Below are positions 31,201-40,096 of a stretch of DNA of 64,000 nt, one piece after another (within the stretch, counting starts at the first letter, position 1; every line of letters begins with the position of its first letter). The stretch spans positions 1-64,000 of the forward strand of contig JAYZEG010000058.1 in NCBI GenBank assembly GCA_036337435.1, in the 5' to 3' direction. The notes under the pieces are model-generated. The model saw only the letters and a list, made by a program, of their open reading frames with translations. It did no database searches and was not told where the DNA came from. The translations under genes were made by a program, and so were the position numbers. The stretch comes from Myxococcota bacterium (GTDB taxonomy: Bacteria > Myxococcota_A > Bradymonadia > UBA7976 > UBA1532).

Positions 31201-32397
31201 TTCTACTGTGGCATTTGTCACCTGTAGACATAAGGCTCCCGAATTAAAGAACGCCCAGGAAAAGTGCTCTGCAAAGGCTTGCGTTAAGCCGATACCCAAA
31301 TGGTAATCTCGTTCGAGAATATCCAAATTACCACTGAGTAAATCCGATCTCTCTGGCTGAATAATATCCGGTTGACTGGTCTGTGGCACACAACGATTAC
31401 GAACGCTCCGCGCGCCCCCGACCATACCGATTGAGATCCCATTCTCTTCCACCGTCGCGTAACTGCCAATCACAGCGAGATATTCGACCAGTGCGCTCAA
31501 TCCCGGTGTGACCTGTTGGGTCAGTGCACCGACATCCAATTCACCATCAAGGCCCAATTTCGTCGCAACACATGCGCCGTCGGGCAATCGACATTGGTCT
31601 TCCACGCATGATGCCCCCTGATTGGTCGGGCACCCCAGATCATCAACGCATGAACGGCAGGTAAAATTTTCAACAAAGCCACGCAACTGATCCGATAATA
31701 AACCGTCTATAAAACCCTGTATCGAGTCAAAGATGAAGTCCCGAATAAATGGAAAATTAATGACAAAGCTCAAACCATCGCAGACCCAACCCAGGATGCC
31801 GCCCGTACCCTCTAATCGCACATCGATGTCGCGTAGCTCATATTGAACCTGGTCAGTGAGGGAAAACGAGAGAAACCGTTCTGGTTCGGGGGTGAAGAGC
31901 GACAGGGGCAAACCCACCTCAAACCCAGCCCCATCGATGGCAATTTCGCAGGCAGCGATTGGATCGGCTTGAATTGGGATGCGGGTCGATAACTGATCAA
32001 ACTCGATGGTGGCTGTGAGTATGTTCGGTTCTTGAGCACCTAGATCGACTCGCCGAATTGCGATGTTCAGATTGCAGCCTAACCCCTCTTCAGGACACAT
32101 TTCAGAGTTGCAGAAACCATACTCGATTCCGATTGTCTCGCCCTCTTCGCCAGGCAGACAGATATTCAGACCATCTTCGGGGAGAAGTTCTGCTAAGACC
32201 GGTTCCAGATTGTCCTCCAAAAAAACCAAACCTGACTGGGTGACTCGCAGTTGTGCGGCGTTGTATATGCGATCTTTGGCTGGAAAATTACCAGGGCCCT
32301 GGTCGCATCCCGAACACCCGGTCGTCTGCCCGCAGGCCGCGAGCATAGACAAAAGTAAAATGCCGCGAAGCGATGTGATGGCCATTTTATAATTCAC
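28231..32397 (-). CDS. Large lipoprotein: BPI/LBP-like N-terminus, Ig-like domain, internal MYXO-CTERM-like signal plus second lipobox, Cys-rich region and beta-propeller
   Basis: LAAC lipobox (C22), internal GGCECD-TM-RRR then MMVWLAIGAAFMVGC, and about 7 G-x-y-x-s/l...dG.p.v.Y.D propeller repeats. Confidence 0.75.
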   Translation of the reverse strand: MNYKMAITSLRGILLLSMLAACGQTTGCSGCDQGPGNFPAKDRIYNAAQLRVTQSGLVFLEDNLEPVLAELLPEDGLNICLPGEEGETIGIEYGFCNSEMCPEEGLGCNLNIAIRRVDLGAQEPNILTATIEFDQLSTRIPIQADPIAACEIAIDGAGFEVGLPLSLFTPEPERFLSFSLTDQVQYELRDIDVRLEGTGGILGWVCDGLSFVINFPFIRDFIFDSIQGFIDGLLSDQLRGFVENFTCRSCVDDLGCPTNQGASCVEDQCRLPDGACVATKLGLDGELDVGALTQQVTPGLSALVEYLAVIGSYATVEENGISIGMVGGARSVRNRCVPQTSQPDIIQPERSDLLSGNLDILERDYHLGIGLTQAFAEHFSWAFFNSGALCLQVTNATVEQLNAGILSIVLPNLADLAGNPNAPIAITMAPQQVPQAIFGENRFEIDDDGNRQLIDPAIRIVIPELWIDFHVFMDDRWVRIFSLHTNVDLPLGLDFTPDNEIIPILGDIASGLTDLRTTNGGIMQDDPELLASLLPTILNLFVGDLATGLLTPIALPDLLGFSLDLQDRAITSIDEGSILAIFARLRSAAEQQANLSSVETEIQHVEFRDLETSQFRAAGLDTFKQIELLVEVEAIDSRVDDSIHEYSWRIDEGTWSAFQTGSVFSVRHPSLLLQGAHSLEVRARRADDYRTLDPTPSIYDFVIDTVPPTLSAQRADDEVIIHVSDLISERANIQVEYALAPDLWVRINDSVLSIDDSEIVTIRATDEAGLTTTLVVEARRDGLIGRPAPGDRNPTGGCECDQSGGEKHAFWMSLILLGLCKPRRRLNRRRMMVWLAIGAAFMVGCDDSSGASRDQDQDVGMVDELCTESEACENQNQFCQSGICQPVGCSDDADCSTLSCGDAANAVCHERGLCRCQPFCADGCTTDQYCCISDNRCRDLPDECAQLDCPLGDIARVEFVSEGDPLACDDETWNCYCEPTPAVPLGVIGRYSSITTVGDKIWVSAYADTYGDLVVGQYRPNGTIKWHWVDGLPSDVEPQLNPSGPRGGVVENGPDVGLYTALVAGPGGALHVVYYDAENQALKYALGVPDEDTFEWTVSTLDSLGNAGLWPSISVDDDGKPGVAYRVSNLDGVSQVRFVQATSPRPMQSADWGEPYVLHDRPLDPNQLDLGTYPEGTGLFTTQARMPNGGVMVAWYDRSVGQLYMTVQNEDGFSNPGVLAGWESGSDVLRGDMGANVDLTIDEDGQTYLCFQDGQTDSLRFLSPELNLSEWVDDGVWLDVGGRGHSVHVVGEDCNIELDGDGQPLIVYQDSTMQALLMRRRTRVSPDGDRLGWGGRQSLRGDSDRFTGSHGFYVSTARLGSRLYISHFVYRNHVEPARSGLEVFSVEL

Positions 32398-32692
32398 TCA
32401 GACATCCCCCAAATATCCCACTTCTTCATGTCAACTGCAGGAAGCCCACGGTCGTCCACATGCAGATATTGAATCGATGTTAGACGGACAACCCCGTGCC
32501 GAAAAGGAATAAATCTAGGCTCAGGAAAAAGGATACGTATTCAGTCCGATATCGATGTCTTCAAAACCAAGTATCACAGTCAAGCTACGGTCTCGTCGAC
32601 AGGACGGTTCCAACCGATCCTTGCCCACAGCAGCAAGCTCGATTAGATTCAAATGGTAAATGGGAACGACTCAGTCATGTTAGTTAAGCACC

Positions 32693-34879
32693 GTGGTTAA
32701 TCATCCCCGTCTAGGGCCATATGAACTGATAAAGCGCATCGGCTACGGTGGTATGGCAGAGATCTATCTTGCCCGGACCAGCGGCATTGGCGGCTTTGAA
32801 AAGCTGTTGGCCCTTAAATTAATTCACAGCAAGTACGCCCAAGACCAAGAATTTATCGATATGCTCATCGATGAAGCAAAAATTGCTGTGCAGCTGAGTC
32901 ATGTCAACGTCTGTCAAATTTTTGATTTAGGCTGTGTCGGAGACCGCTTCTTTATTGCAATGGAGTTTGTGGACGGCCAAGACCTCTACCAAATGCTTGT
33001 CGAGGGATCTGAGAAAGACACCTTAATGCCATTTGATTTGGTGGCTTTCATTGGTCGAGAGGTTGCTGCTGGACTTGAATATGCCCACACAAAGCAAGAT
33101 CAGTATGGACGGCCGTTGAATCTGATCCATCGAGATATAAGCCCCCAGAATGTTCTTGTATCCTTTGATGGCCAAGTGAAGCTTGTTGATTTCGGCATCG
33201 CCAAGGCAAGCCAGAGACGGCAGGAAACAGAAAGCGGCGTGATTAAGGGTAAATTCTATTACATGTCTCCAGAACAAGCCTGGGGCGATCCGTTAGACCC
33301 GAGAAGCGATGTCTTCAGTTGCGGAATATGTCTCTATGAGATGCTCTGCGGGCAAATGCTCTACAATGAAGACGATCCTCTCGCCCTCCTCGACAAAGTT
33401 CGCAGAGCGGAGATTCCACCGATAAGTGAGACCAGGTCGGGTGTGCCCGCTGAACTGGAAAGGATTATCCTAAAAGCGTTGGCTCGAGATCGGGACCAAC
33501 GCTACGCCGATGCTGGCCAATTAAAATCGGACCTGTCTTCATTTTTGTATGGTCGATGGCCCGACTTTCAACGGCATCGATTGGGCGAGTATGCACAGTC
33601 GCTGGCTGGAACCAAGGGCTTTGTCATGGAATTGCCCTCCGATGAACCACCGACGACACGAACCGATTTAGATGATGAAGATACGATTATGAGGCTCGAT
33701 GAGTATGATCATACTCAAGGTCAGAGCGTCATTTTCGCCCTCGGAGATATCCCGAAAGTACTCGACACCAGTGACGACGGAGTGGAGCAAATCCCACCGC
33801 ATAAACGTTCGTCACCCACGCTCAATGAGGTCGCGCCTGACACAGACTATACATCGGACTCTGGATTCGACAATTGGACCGAGCTCGGTGAAAAGACCGA
33901 GTTGCTTGATGTGTCTCTTTTCGAGACCAGCACCGACCTGCCTGCAACCGGCGAAATCGAGGCTGCTGACGATGAACGAGAAGACACAAAGCTATTCTCA
34001 GCTGTATCAGGCCCCCTTGTGGACCCATTGGTCCCGTCAAAAATTGAGCCTTTACCAGACTCAAACACCACGATCGATACATCTGAGTTCATTGAACCCA
34101 AAGTCAGCAATTCAAAGCCGCTTGGAACCACGGGTTCAACTCATGAGTCGATCACCAAAACCAACTCAAATACCCACCCGGATCGCGTCAGACCAAGCCA
34201 ACCTTCGACCGTTGCAAATTTAGAACCGAAGGCTGCGAGAGGCCGGGGATCAAATTCACTTCCGGACTTGCGGTTCAACAAACAGCTGAAGCGACATTCC
34301 AAGTTGTCCTCATGGATGCGAAAACTGCTTTCTCCGAAGGGCATTTCAGTCGTCTTCATTTTGGTCTTGCTGGGATATGGGCTCTATCGGTTTCTGCCTG
34401 GGATCGGATATTCCAGTTCGACTCATGCAACCTTGAAGATCAACTCCTTCCCGGATGGTGCCCGAGTTTATCTCGATGGCGTAGACCGTCAACTTCGAAC
34501 AGAAACAACCGTATCTGACCTACAGGCGGGACGACGCTATGAACTGCGGTTAGAACTGCCTGGATATGTTCCTCATATCGAAAACATCGACATGGACGGA
34601 ACCATTGGGTCCGATGGTAAAATATTGATCACAAAGCAGGTTTTCATGACCAAATCACTAGGCCGTCTATCTGTTTTTTCTGATCCACCCGGTGCAGAAA
34701 TCTATATTAATGGCGTGCTAAAAGGAGAGACACCAAAGATCTTTAGAAGGCTAGATAGAGAAAAAGACCGCGTTTATGTCGTCCTCAAAAAAGACGGGTT
34801 TTCTGACGCAAAGAGTGTAAACCACTGGGGCGATGAAACAGAGCTCAAACTCAATCTGAAATTACATCCAAAGCGTTAA
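32693..34879 (+). CDS. Hanks-type Ser/Thr protein kinase with TM helix and two PEGA domains
   Basis: GYGGMAEIY, ALK, HRDISPQN, DFG, YMSPEQ; PEGA motifs SFPDGARVYLDG and SDPPGAEIYING. Confidence 0.93.
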   Translation: MVNHPRLGPYELIKRIGYGGMAEIYLARTSGIGGFEKLLALKLIHSKYAQDQEFIDMLIDEAKIAVQLSHVNVCQIFDLGCVGDRFFIAMEFVDGQDLYQMLVEGSEKDTLMPFDLVAFIGREVAAGLEYAHTKQDQYGRPLNLIHRDISPQNVLVSFDGQVKLVDFGIAKASQRRQETESGVIKGKFYYMSPEQAWGDPLDPRSDVFSCGICLYEMLCGQMLYNEDDPLALLDKVRRAEIPPISETRSGVPAELERIILKALARDRDQRYADAGQLKSDLSSFLYGRWPDFQRHRLGEYAQSLAGTKGFVMELPSDEPPTTRTDLDDEDTIMRLDEYDHTQGQSVIFALGDIPKVLDTSDDGVEQIPPHKRSSPTLNEVAPDTDYTSDSGFDNWTELGEKTELLDVSLFETSTDLPATGEIEAADDEREDTKLFSAVSGPLVDPLVPSKIEPLPDSNTTIDTSEFIEPKVSNSKPLGTTGSTHESITKTNSNTHPDRVRPSQPSTVANLEPKAARGRGSNSLPDLRFNKQLKRHSKLSSWMRKLLSPKGISVVFILVLLGYGLYRFLPGIGYSSSTHATLKINSFPDGARVYLDGVDRQLRTETTVSDLQAGRRYELRLELPGYVPHIENIDMDGTIGSDGKILITKQVFMTKSLGRLSVFSDPPGAEIYINGVLKGETPKIFRRLDREKDRVYVVLKKDGFSDAKSVNHWGDETELKLNLKLHPKR

Positions 34880-34900
34880 GGTTGCACCAAATAGCCGACC

Positions 34901-36097
34901 TCATTGGGAACGCCAATACCCACAGAGAATCAACGACCAGACCATGTCGGAGTCACGGGCCGTAGTGTAACCGTAACTCTGGTCAACACCAGACAGCGTG
35001 TCCACATGGGCATTGGAACCAGAATAATCAGATTGCCGGCTTGAATAGTGACTGACCAAGCCAAGACCCCATTGATCGAGGAACCACCATCGCGCGTCGA
35101 GAAGCGCGCCGTACATGCCGACATCATGCGGCCCACTACTTATGGGTGATTGGTTGTGCAGAAAAGGGAACTCATAACGCCCAGATAACCACGATTCAAA
35201 CGCCTTCGACCGGTAGCCAATGGCAAGACCACTTGTCAGTCCAAGTGTTGAGGTCGACAATCCAAGGGGCGTTGGTCGCACCGATTTAAAACCAAATCTC
35301 AGCCAATGAGCCCCGATCAAAATGCGTAAGCCTATCGAATCGAACATGGCTTCATAATAGCCATTCAGACTGAGGTCTTGAGCATCTAATGGAATCGATA
35401 GGCTCTGGGGGCCATCACGCGTTGAGATCGTCAATGACGTCTCCGCAAAGCGTTGATCAAAGATGTCAATCCGAAGACCCCAGCTTTCAAAAATATGCCA
35501 ACCGATGCCAAAATAGGTCGCCAGCGTTTGTGGTTCAAATCTGAGTTCTCTTAGAAAAGACTGTGGGGCTGCATTACTTTGGAAACGCCGCTTAATTTGT
35601 CCCAAGCCCGAACCTAACGCCACCGTCAATCCAAGATCTGAAGTGTCTATTAATACCTCCAAATTCGGCGTATCGGTGCCTTCACCACTGCCGGTAAAAT
35701 GCTCGCCAGTCTTACGCCGCCCGGCAAGATCATATTGATAATCCCGAAGACGACGATCTCGTCCAGGGTCAACTTTGGTCCTCATCTTTTCAAGAGCTTC
35801 ATGGGATAGAATGGACACGGTTCTGACAGGAATCCAACCGCGAACTTTACCACTTACAACCTGAACCCATTCTTCCCCTCGCTTGCCACGAATGGTCACC
35901 AATTCACCCAAATAGATGCGACCTTTCGATAGATACGCTTCTGCCGCACCGGCTCGTACGTCGACAAAAGAATTAAGAACACGCGCTACGCGGTCTCGAA
36001 CCTGAGCTCGGGCTTGGACTGAATTGGCGGCATAGACGGACCATAAACATGCAAGCCAAATAAGCCACTGCACATTTTTTCGGGGGAACCAATTCAT
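34901..36097 (-). CDS. Secreted protein with bacterial SH3 domain and beta-barrel C-terminus
   Basis: Signal peptide, VDVRAG...EWVQV..GKVRGWI SH3b pattern and amphipathic strands. Confidence 0.6.
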   Translation of the reverse strand: MNWFPRKNVQWLIWLACLWSVYAANSVQARAQVRDRVARVLNSFVDVRAGAAEAYLSKGRIYLGELVTIRGKRGEEWVQVVSGKVRGWIPVRTVSILSHEALEKMRTKVDPGRDRRLRDYQYDLAGRRKTGEHFTGSGEGTDTPNLEVLIDTSDLGLTVALGSGLGQIKRRFQSNAAPQSFLRELRFEPQTLATYFGIGWHIFESWGLRIDIFDQRFAETSLTISTRDGPQSLSIPLDAQDLSLNGYYEAMFDSIGLRILIGAHWLRFGFKSVRPTPLGLSTSTLGLTSGLAIGYRSKAFESWLSGRYEFPFLHNQSPISSGPHDVGMYGALLDARWWFLDQWGLGLVSHYSSRQSDYSGSNAHVDTLSGVDQSYGYTTARDSDMVWSLILCGYWRSQ

Positions 36098-36102
36098 GGA
36101 AA

Positions 36103-38346
36103 TTATCGCTGGGCGGGAATCAGGTTCAGTCGACTTCTATACTGCTGCATCGATGTGCGTAGCTTGTCACGTAATTCTGGGCGTTCAGGTGCTAAATCGA
36201 CCAATTCATCTGGGTCGCGAGACACATCAAATACTCGCCAAGCACTGGCTCGCCCGTCATAGTGCAGCTTCATAGCACCGTCTAACCAAGCCCACTGCTT
36301 TCCGGAATTCTGCGTGCTTGGCGATTCAGCAAGAATCGGTTTGGACTTGGCCGCCTTCCCCAACAGACTTTGAACTAAGGTGGACCCCCTCAGGTTCATC
36401 GCAACTCGACCCGAATTAAATCGACCAATATCCGCTAAGCCCAGTAGTGTTGGCGCTAAGTCAATTAAGCTAACTCGACTTTCTACGGGGCGAGGTGGTA
36501 CGCCAGGCACCCGAATGATGAGGGGGATTCTAAGCGTCGCTTCGTCCAATCGAGCAGGTTTTTCATCGACGAAGTCCTCTCCACGAGTCCCGGCGATGAT
36601 CAACACGATACTGTCGTTCCAATCTTGTCGCTGCCTCAATTTCTTAAAGAACCATTCCAACCAATTGTCTACATATCGCAATTCGTGATCATAGCGATCG
36701 ACCTGGGATGCCCCGAACGTTGTGACACCGAGGTGCTGAAGATAATTTGGTTGTGGGTCAACGATATGAAGCCAGAGGAAATAGGGCTTTGTCGGATCGG
36801 GCTCAAGGCGACCCAAGTGTTCAAAAGCCGACGTCACGACGCGCTGGGCTGTGGGTACAAATGGCTGCCGGCCTTGGCTAATTTTATAGGGCTGCCAATG
36901 AGAAAACCCCTGCTCAAAGCCCGTCTTATTAGAAAAGTATGAATCACTCGGAAAGGCCGCCGTGTGGTACCCTTGTCTCAAGAGTGTCTCTGCAAGAAAC
37001 ACATTCGTGTCCAAATAGGTTGTTGTTTCTTTGAAATCTCGGTGGAGTTCTGATGGGAATCGGCCAGCCATGAGGGATGCGATGGAGGCCGGCATCAGAC
37101 TGGAGACGCCGTAGGCATTCTTGAATACAACCGACTCGGATGCCATGTCATCGATGGCCGGAGTGGTCTCACGACCGTATCCGTAGAAACCGAGATGGTC
37201 CATTCTCAGGCCATCGACGGTGACCAAGACAAAGCTGTAAGGCGGGGAAAAACCAAGCTCCCTAACCGTCTTAGTGTCGTTTCTCCTCGATTTTTTCGCG
37301 TCCGAGGTCGCCAGGATCCCATCGCAATCTTCATCAATTTGGTTGCCGGCGATATCAACTGCACCAGGATGAATGTCAGGGTCTGTATCATCACAATCGC
37401 CGCCACTCAAAATGGCTGCGTAGCCATCACCGTCTTCATCGAATGGCAATCTAATGAGTGCCATCATGACTTGATTCAGGCCCACGTCTTTGCTGAGAGC
37501 AGCTCGGGCATTGGGAGAACGCAATCCCAAGACCAGAGCAAAACCAGCCATAAAAAGAAAAAGAGCTGCGAGCTGTAATCTCTTCGCTGACGGCAACCGG
37601 ATTGACTTGGTCGAGAGCCACTCGCCGAGAAGATACAAGAAAACAAATGAAACGATAAAGACCGTCACGGCCTGCCAAGGTAAGTCGAGGGAGGCTGTTT
37701 TTTCATCTGCCACTGTCGAGTAGAGCAAGAAGACAATAAGGGCGGTCGATAACACCATATTAAGAATCGGGTTGACTAGAAAAGTGAGATTTGGCCGTCG
37801 TCGAATTAAATGCTCGAATGAGCGACCGAAGCTCGCCTGCAACGGAGCGGCAACCACCAGAACGGATGCAACAACAAACAGACCGAAGATGGCAGCTCCT
37901 ACAGAGGCGAACTCTGGGGACTGAATTCGGCCCAGAATGAGACCGTAGCCCCGAGCTAAAAATGACGCTCCAGCCAAGACCACCAGGGCAACGACCCAAA
38001 TGGTGGCGGCGATTCGACTCCGACCCTGTAGAGAGTCTGCGTCAGATTGAACAAAACTCGCTTTCACCGCTCTAAACAAGCTCATTGGGCCGAGGTGCGA
38101 CGGGATACTCGGGTGAATTAAACCGATAAACAAACCCACGAGACCCAGAGCCACTGCATGCATTCCAATCGACCCTGCGACATAGAACGCAATTTCGGAT
38201 GCGGGCAGAGATGAGATACCGAAGATCAGACCCACCATGCAGCCAATCACAACGCCTGATAGGAAAAATCCGAATATTGACTCGGTTAAATTAGTCATAA
38301 CCGTGGCGCAGACCTCTAGCTCATGGGGCTCATTTGAAAGGGTCAA
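36103..38346 (-). CDS. Multi-TM sulfatase-like (alkaline phosphatase superfamily) protein with MopE-type repeat
   Basis: About 7 TM helices, DGDGY..GDCDD.DPDIHPGA.DIAGNQIDEDCDG repeat, VTVDGLRMDHLG.YGY.R.TTP sulfatase start. Start codon uncertain. Confidence 0.82.
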   Translation of the reverse strand: MTLSNEPHELEVCATVMTNLTESIFGFFLSGVVIGCMVGLIFGISSLPASEIAFYVAGSIGMHAVALGLVGLFIGLIHPSIPSHLGPMSLFRAVKASFVQSDADSLQGRSRIAATIWVVALVVLAGASFLARGYGLILGRIQSPEFASVGAAIFGLFVVASVLVVAAPLQASFGRSFEHLIRRRPNLTFLVNPILNMVLSTALIVFLLYSTVADEKTASLDLPWQAVTVFIVSFVFLYLLGEWLSTKSIRLPSAKRLQLAALFLFMAGFALVLGLRSPNARAALSKDVGLNQVMMALIRLPFDEDGDGYAAILSGGDCDDTDPDIHPGAVDIAGNQIDEDCDGILATSDAKKSRRNDTKTVRELGFSPPYSFVLVTVDGLRMDHLGFYGYGRETTPAIDDMASESVVFKNAYGVSSLMPASIASLMAGRFPSELHRDFKETTTYLDTNVFLAETLLRQGYHTAAFPSDSYFSNKTGFEQGFSHWQPYKISQGRQPFVPTAQRVVTSAFEHLGRLEPDPTKPYFLWLHIVDPQPNYLQHLGVTTFGASQVDRYDHELRYVDNWLEWFFKKLRQRQDWNDSIVLIIAGTRGEDFVDEKPARLDEATLRIPLIIRVPGVPPRPVESRVSLIDLAPTLLGLADIGRFNSGRVAMNLRGSTLVQSLLGKAAKSKPILAESPSTQNSGKQWAWLDGAMKLHYDGRASAWRVFDVSRDPDELVDLAPERPELRDKLRTSMQQYRSRLNLIPAQR

Positions 38347-38497
38347 ACGAGACCCCTATTCCGTCAAGTTTGTGGCCCTGGGTCAATGATTAATCGTGGT
38401 TAGAACCTATATCGCACTGTAAATTGTGTCCGATTGGCAGCATACTCGGGCCCGTAAACTATTCGATGCGGCAGTCAATCAAGGAATCGTCTAAGCT

Positions 38498-39064
38498 ATG
38501 ATGTCTATCCCCAAAAAATTATCGAGTCCGCCGAAAAAGCACTTTGTTTTATCATTTTCGCTCTTCAGCCTCTGCATCATCTTTGCTGGGGCTGAGTTGG
38601 CTCATTCTAGAAAACCCTCGGATGTCTTTAGCCAGCGAATCATTTTATCAACAAGCCCATTTCCGAGTTCATTCAAGAGCGATAAGGCCTTCATCAGATA
38701 TATGAAGCGTGCTCATACGAAGCGGATCGTCTATCCAGACAGTAATCGCCAGACGCTGAGATTTATGGCGTTTTTCTCACGCCCGGTCAGAACAATCGAA
38801 TTCACTGCACTGGTCTATGACCTGACGGACAGAAACCGGCTTGTAGCCACCATTCCCGTGTCTCCAACTCAAAGAGAAACACAAATTCTTGCGAGCTCCT
38901 TTGATATCGAAATGTCCGACTTTCCAGAAGAGCATCAGTATAAGATTATGGTGGCTGTCGGCAGCACAGCACTTGCACAGACGACATTTACAATCAAAGA
39001 GTCACGGAAAAATAAGGCCGCCCGTCGTGCCCGAGAAAAAGGACTTCGCAAAGGCCAAAAATAG
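38498..39064 (+). CDS. Hypothetical secreted protein
   Basis: Signal peptide, beta-rich body and basic tail. Confidence 0.65.
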   Translation: MMSIPKKLSSPPKKHFVLSFSLFSLCIIFAGAELAHSRKPSDVFSQRIILSTSPFPSSFKSDKAFIRYMKRAHTKRIVYPDSNRQTLRFMAFFSRPVRTIEFTALVYDLTDRNRLVATIPVSPTQRETQILASSFDIEMSDFPEEHQYKIMVAVGSTALAQTTFTIKESRKNKAARRAREKGLRKGQK

Positions 39065-39073
39065 GCCCAAAAA

Positions 39074-39793
39074 TCAAATATTCTTATCGATAGGATGCTG
39101 GGTACGCTTGGTTGCCTTTCGGGGCAAAGGCGGATTTTTCTTTGGTGAGTAGCGGCCCACGAGAAATGCGAGACGGTCTAGGTAGCGGTCGACATCCGTG
39201 GATATCTTTGGCGATTGATAGGTCAGTCTTAAGAGACCGTCTTTTTTCGCAGGTCTCAAGCGGTCCACCATAACTGGACCCCCTTCGCTGCCGAATACGA
39301 TTCGATTATCGATGAGTTTGCCTATCTTGCCCGCATGGTCTCGAATTGGATTGCCGTATTTGGCGAGCAGGCGACTTATTATTTTTTGCTCTTTTTTCTG
39401 ATCTTTTTTTGGGTAAATCAGACGCACGATGACCTGATAGAGCTGCCCATCGAAAAAGCCATATTCCACACGACCTTGGAGCCCATTTATCGAAATCCAT
39501 TTCTCGTAACGTTCAATTCTTGGGAGCGCAGGAAAGCCCGGAAATGATTTCCGAACGGCCTTCTTGACCTTACTTCGCGCGCGTTTGAGGGCCGCTATGC
39601 GCTTATACTCAGCAATTGACTCAGGTGCGTCTTTAAACAGCTTTAGTCCGCTGGTTTGCTTGTAGACAGTCGACAGGCTCGTCCCCCAACTGAAGGCGCC
39701 ATATCCACCACCCGTCATGCCCCTGATGGGCAAAGATTCGGCCAAGACGCTCAGCGGTAAACATAAGCACAGCGATAAAAAAAGAAACCTCAT
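39074..39793 (-). CDS. Hypothetical secreted basic protein
   Basis: Signal peptide (VLA); YGFFDGQLYQV and KYGNP motifs. Confidence 0.65.
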   Translation of the reverse strand: MRFLFLSLCLCLPLSVLAESLPIRGMTGGGYGAFSWGTSLSTVYKQTSGLKLFKDAPESIAEYKRIAALKRARSKVKKAVRKSFPGFPALPRIERYEKWISINGLQGRVEYGFFDGQLYQVIVRLIYPKKDQKKEQKIISRLLAKYGNPIRDHAGKIGKLIDNRIVFGSEGGPVMVDRLRPAKKDGLLRLTYQSPKISTDVDRYLDRLAFLVGRYSPKKNPPLPRKATKRTQHPIDKNI

Positions 39794-39898
39794 AGCACCA
39801 TTGTCCCCTTTTTTCCGTTTAGGTCCAACTTGTCCTGTATTGGCCGGCTAACACGAGCAAACTTGAAACCAATTCAACCAAGAGTTAACGTGCCGCCT

Positions 39899-40096
39899 AT
39901 GTTTAGGATACTTGGATTTTTCGTTTTTGTTGTTGGCTTGTTCGGAGCCGGTTTCTACTCTGGTGTGAAATACTACGAGCATCAGATTGTACAGAATCCG
40001 AGTGAATTCGTCCGTTTGTACAAGAGCGAGTTTACAAAAACTGCAAAAGAGAAGATCAATGAACTCAAGAAAAAGCTCCTCGAAGAAACACAATAG
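39899..40096 (+). CDS. Small single-TM protein (65 aa)
   Basis: N-terminal TM helix plus amphipathic helix; overlaps the start of the next gene. Confidence 0.55.
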   Translation: MFRILGFFVFVVGLFGAGFYSGVKYYEHQIVQNPSEFVRLYKSEFTKTAKEKINELKKKLLEETQ

